From NCBI RefSeq assembly GCF_006345805.1, contig NW_021826898.1, forward strand, positions 1-11,770: DNA of 11,770 nt, in the 5' to 3' direction. Of the stretch, positions 8,750-11,770 are shown one piece after another. A program made the position numbers and the translations under genes. Under the pieces are notes generated by a model, which ran no database searches, was not told where the DNA came from, and saw only the letters and a list, made by a program, of their open reading frames with translations. The stretch's first letter is position 1. Each line of letters begins with the position of its first letter. The stretch comes from Octopus sinensis. Its lineage: Eukaryota.

Positions 8750-9147
8750 TGCGGAGATGGTAGATGTGGGACCTGCAGCAACCCCACCTACAAATACATA
8801 GAGAGCAACAGAGAGACAAGATTTAAAAATGGTGTCATATTCAAAGTAAATGCAGATATGAACTGCAAGACGCGCAGAACGTCATATACTGCATAACCTG
8901 CCCCACGTGCAAGGAGAATTACGTAGGTGAAACTGGTAATTCTTTGTGCCAGCGAGCCAGGATCACCGACAACATATCGGCAGGAGAAGAACTACGCAAA
9001 ATACCACTAAGCACACACCTAGCTACATGTGGAGAAGGAAAATTTAAGATATTTCCCTTCTACAAGTGTCCGAAGAACGACACCCCCTTCAGGAGGAATA
9101 TGGAAAAACATTTCATAGCTAAGTTCTCCCCCAAATTAAATGGCTGA
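8750..9147 (+). other. C-x4-C-x2-C linker motif plus GIY-YIG endonuclease
   Basis: CGDGRCGTC at 8750-8776; VIY..CPTC..YVG at 8878-8940; downstream R, HLATC, E and terminal LN residues typical of PLE endonucleases. Confidence 0.85.
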
Positions 9148-9429
9148 AACTTACTCAACATACATTGAAGGACAAATCTGTGTGTGTGTAGATGTGTGTA
9201 TTGCCTGTTATATACATCATATTATATTATTATCTTTATAATTCACTTCCATCTTTACCTTTAATTGTCACTTTAATTTAACTTTCCTATGATATACAAT
9301 TTTCAAGATGGTATAATTTGGTTGTTCATTTTGAACCGATAAAAAGGTTTTTTCAAATATTTTATGTATAAGTCTGTGTGTGTGTATATATATGTGTGGT
9401 ATAAATATCAACACACAAAAATATTTTTT

Positions 9430-9728
9430 CTTCTCCACTTCCTCCCTTATTTTTATTTTATTTTTATTTTTATTTTTTTATTTTTTATATTATTTTTATA
9501 TTTTATTTATTCTTTATATTTTTTATTTTTATTTTTTTATTTTTATTTTTATATTTCTATATTTTTTTATTTTTTTATTTTTATTATTCTTTTTATTTTC
9601 CCTTTTCTCTTTTTGTCTCTCTCCCCTTCTCCAAACACACAGACACACACACACATACACACACACACACACACGCACGCACACAAAAACACACACGGAC
9701 ACACAGAGACACACACACACACACACAC
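9430..9728. repeat. (TTTTA)-type low-complexity tract followed by (CA)n
   Basis: Directly visible; lies between the PLE stop codon and the right inverted repeat. Confidence 0.9.
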
Positions 9729-9767
9729 CTCCACAGAATGATCATAGAAAGTGTGACCCCAAATGAC

Positions 9768-9923
9768 ATTTGCCAGGCCAACCTACGCACAACACACACT
9801 CAGTGACATCGAAATGGACAGCCAAAGTTCTTATAAAACCACAGGCGGTCCAGCAGACCAACGGAAATAACACTTCTTCACTCTCAGATATAAACGCGCA
9901 CACACACACACACACACACGCAC

Positions 9924-9954
<31 letters not shown>

Positions 9955-10174
9955 TACACACACACATTTTTTCTCTGTCTCACTTCCTCCTCAACACTAC
10001 TACGAAACTATAAAATGTTCAAACTCCCACAACTGATTTGATTTGAAAAGCCCACTAGAATGGGAGCAAGCGCTAATCCGAATGATATGATATGATATAT
10101 ATGTAAAAAATGTAATATATAAATAAATATCTACAAATATGAACCATCTGATCTGATTACCTCAATTTCTAATA
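9768..10174 (-). repeat. Right arm of the long inverted repeat
   Basis: Reverse complement of 5061-5447; ends ...ctgattacctcaatttctaata. Confidence 0.95.
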
Positions 10175-10206
10175 TATAATACCTGTAACATTATCTCCAA
10201 ACCTTC

Positions 10207-10208
<2 letters not shown>

Positions 10209-10254
<46 letters not shown>

Positions 10255-10262
10255 ATATATAG
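10209..10262. repeat. (TA)n microsatellite
   Basis: Directly visible. Confidence 0.95.
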
Positions 10263-10676
10263 ATATCCGTAAAATATAAGAGAGTTAACGTTCAATAGGT
10301 CAACTCTAGTGCTAGAAAATATTCTTGTATAGCCGCCGACGCTACCTCCACATAGAATAGCACTACCCTCAACGTAAGGAAATGGAAATACAACTAAAAA
10401 ATAGATTAATGTTGTACAATTGTTTCTTATCAAATATTAATATGCAAATTATACTCACATATATAGCTATAAATCATCAGCAACATTTGTCATTGATACA
10501 ATTATCAGACCTACACGGGCGACGATTACCCATGCGGTCTATGTGCTAGCTCGTTTGGTGTTAAACCAATGGCATTATTAAATTAATATCTAATTTTTCA
10601 CCCTCATTTTTGAATATATATATATATGTACGCGCACACACGCACACAGGCACACACACACACACACACCACATAC

Positions 10677-10834
10677 CTTCTTTCATGTTTAATCCACCAA
10701 ATCCACTCATAAAACTTTGGTTGGCACGAAGGTAGAATAAAACACATTTTCCCAAATAGCGGCGTAGTGGGATAGAACCCGTATTCACATAATTCCAATG
10801 CATGCTTCTTGACCATACAATCCTCCATGTGCAC
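10677..10834 (-). mobile_element. 5' half (tRNA-like head) of the OK/OR-type SINE
   Basis: Minus strand: A-box-like GGATTGTATGGTC (10811-10823) and B-box GGGTTCTATCCC (10769-10780), then ...gagtggatttggtggattaaacatgaaagaag, homologous to 1640-1775. It continues into a TG/TA microsatellite at 10615-10670. Confidence 0.7.
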
Positions 10835-11034
10835 ATATGTAATTTGTTCCCAGTGTGTTTGGAGAAAATGTTTTTTTATTTGACACATTGAATAAAGGTG
10901 TGATATAGTCTGTTTACATTGGACGTAAGTAAAGTAGCATGCCTCGATGGCGCTAGGTGGATGACAAATTATCTGCGGAGACGTTTATTGCTTCAGGTGA
11001 TTGAAAAGTTCAGTTTGAAGACAGATAAGCAATT

Positions 11035-11036
<2 letters not shown>

Positions 11037-11075
<39 letters not shown>

Positions 11076-11093
11076 CGAGTGCGAGTGTGTGTG

Positions 11094-11127
<34 letters not shown>

Positions 11128-11335
11128 AGTATATATGTATGTATGTACGTATGTGTTATATATATATATACATTTGTTTATATATACATATATATACATA
11201 TACATACATATATTGTGTGTATGTGGGGGTAGTGTATATATATGCATACACTTTCCTATATATATGTGTGTGCGTGTGTGTTTATATATATATCTATATA
11301 TATACATTGTTGTATATATACTTATACACACACAC

Positions 11336-11373
<38 letters not shown>

Positions 11374-11465
11374 GTGTGTGTATGTGGGGGTAGTGTACAT
11401 ATATACATACATTTTCCTATATATATATATATATATATAGTTTGTGTGTGTGTGTGTGTGTGTGT
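11037..11465. repeat. (TG)n/(TA)n compound microsatellite with an internal ~160-bp duplication
   Basis: gtgtgtatgtgggggtagtgta..catac..ttcctatata occurs at ~11215-11262 and ~11376-11425. Confidence 0.9.
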
Positions 11466-11504
11466 ATTAGTATGTCTTACACGTGCATATTCGACCATAT
11501 ATTC

Positions 11505-11627
11505 TTTTCTCTTTTCTTTCACTTGTTTCAACCTTTGGGCAGTGGCCATGCTGGAGCACGGTTTTGAAGGATTTAGTCGGAAAAACAAACCAGTTCTTAT
11601 TCCTTTTTAAGCCTTGTACTTATTTTA
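11505..11627 (-). mobile_element. 3'-terminal fragment of the OK/OR-type SINE
   Basis: acttgtttca..ggccatgctggagcac..tttagtcg..ttcttattc..aagccttgtacttatt is homologous to 1971-2047 and to the reverse complement of 1880-1965. Confidence 0.7.
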
Positions 11628-11770
11628 CACACACACACACATACACCACACATACATACACACACCATGCACTCACAATCACTTAGGTACGCATATATAT
11701 GTACGTTGAACCGTTAATCCCTGCACATTTTTTCATTCTCCTATTTCTCCTCTCTCAATCCTTTCTGCGA

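Larger units (their letters stand above)
5491..9147 (+). pseudogene. Disrupted PLE polyprotein (N-terminal domain, low-complexity linker, RT, Zn-knuckle, GIY-YIG endonuclease)
   Basis: Motifs stitched across frames: WNKLLNQRKYAYW..PILPRKF; LLKGLKFTPTP (6964-6996); ADKGGAIVIMD (7282-7314); FYGLPKI; RPIVAGP; FIDILLKP; SFDVTNLYTNIPH (from 7764); YRQIKGTAMG; WKRLDDCF (from 8086); LPFLDI; YLNFHSCHP; NVIYCITCPTCKENYVGETG; PKLNG* ending 9147. More than ten apparent frameshifts plus an in-frame TGA at 5635-5637. Confidence 0.9.
5061..10174 (+). mobile_element. Penelope-like retroelement (EN+, C-terminal GIY-YIG; Naiad/Neptune-type) with inverted terminal repeats
   Basis: RT and GIY-YIG motifs on the + strand at 6961-9147; inverted repeats at 5061-5447 and 9768-10174; TA-rich flanks. 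Confidence 0.9.

Noticed and set aside
5491-9360. Selenoprotein-type PLE (UGA = Sec, with SECIS), as reported for some Naiads
   Set aside because: All conserved Cys codons in CGDGRCGTC and CITCPTC are TGC/TGT. The in-frame TGA at 5635 is in a non-conserved region, and the ATGA-stem at ~9289-9315 lacks the 3' GA of a SECIS core.
10355-10372. 16/18 match (gaatagcactaccctcaa) to the HHR element terminus at 3242-3259
   Set aside because: Similarity does not extend, and a match of this size is roughly expected by chance in an all-against-all comparison of ~12 kb.

Overview
AT-rich, microsatellite-dense eukaryotic DNA, probably from an octopus or other cephalopod (inferred from recalled octopus SINE sequences, not from a database search). 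No host gene is supportable, and almost all ORF-track entries are microsatellite or antisense shadow frames. Main contents: (1) 2208-3269, a ~1.06 kb non-coding retrozyme/mini-Penelope-like element with a 494-bp period, a partial tandem duplication and an inverted copy. It carries two oppositely oriented type I hammerhead ribozyme (HHR) motifs with a palindromic helix III and sits between (TA)n tracts. (2) 5061-10174, a near full-length Penelope-like retroelement (PLE) with a frameshift-riddled RT + GIY-YIG ORF (~5491-9147, Naiad/Neptune-type motifs), bracketed by ~390-400 bp inverted repeats. (3) Several tRNA-derived SINE copies and fragments and many simple repeats.
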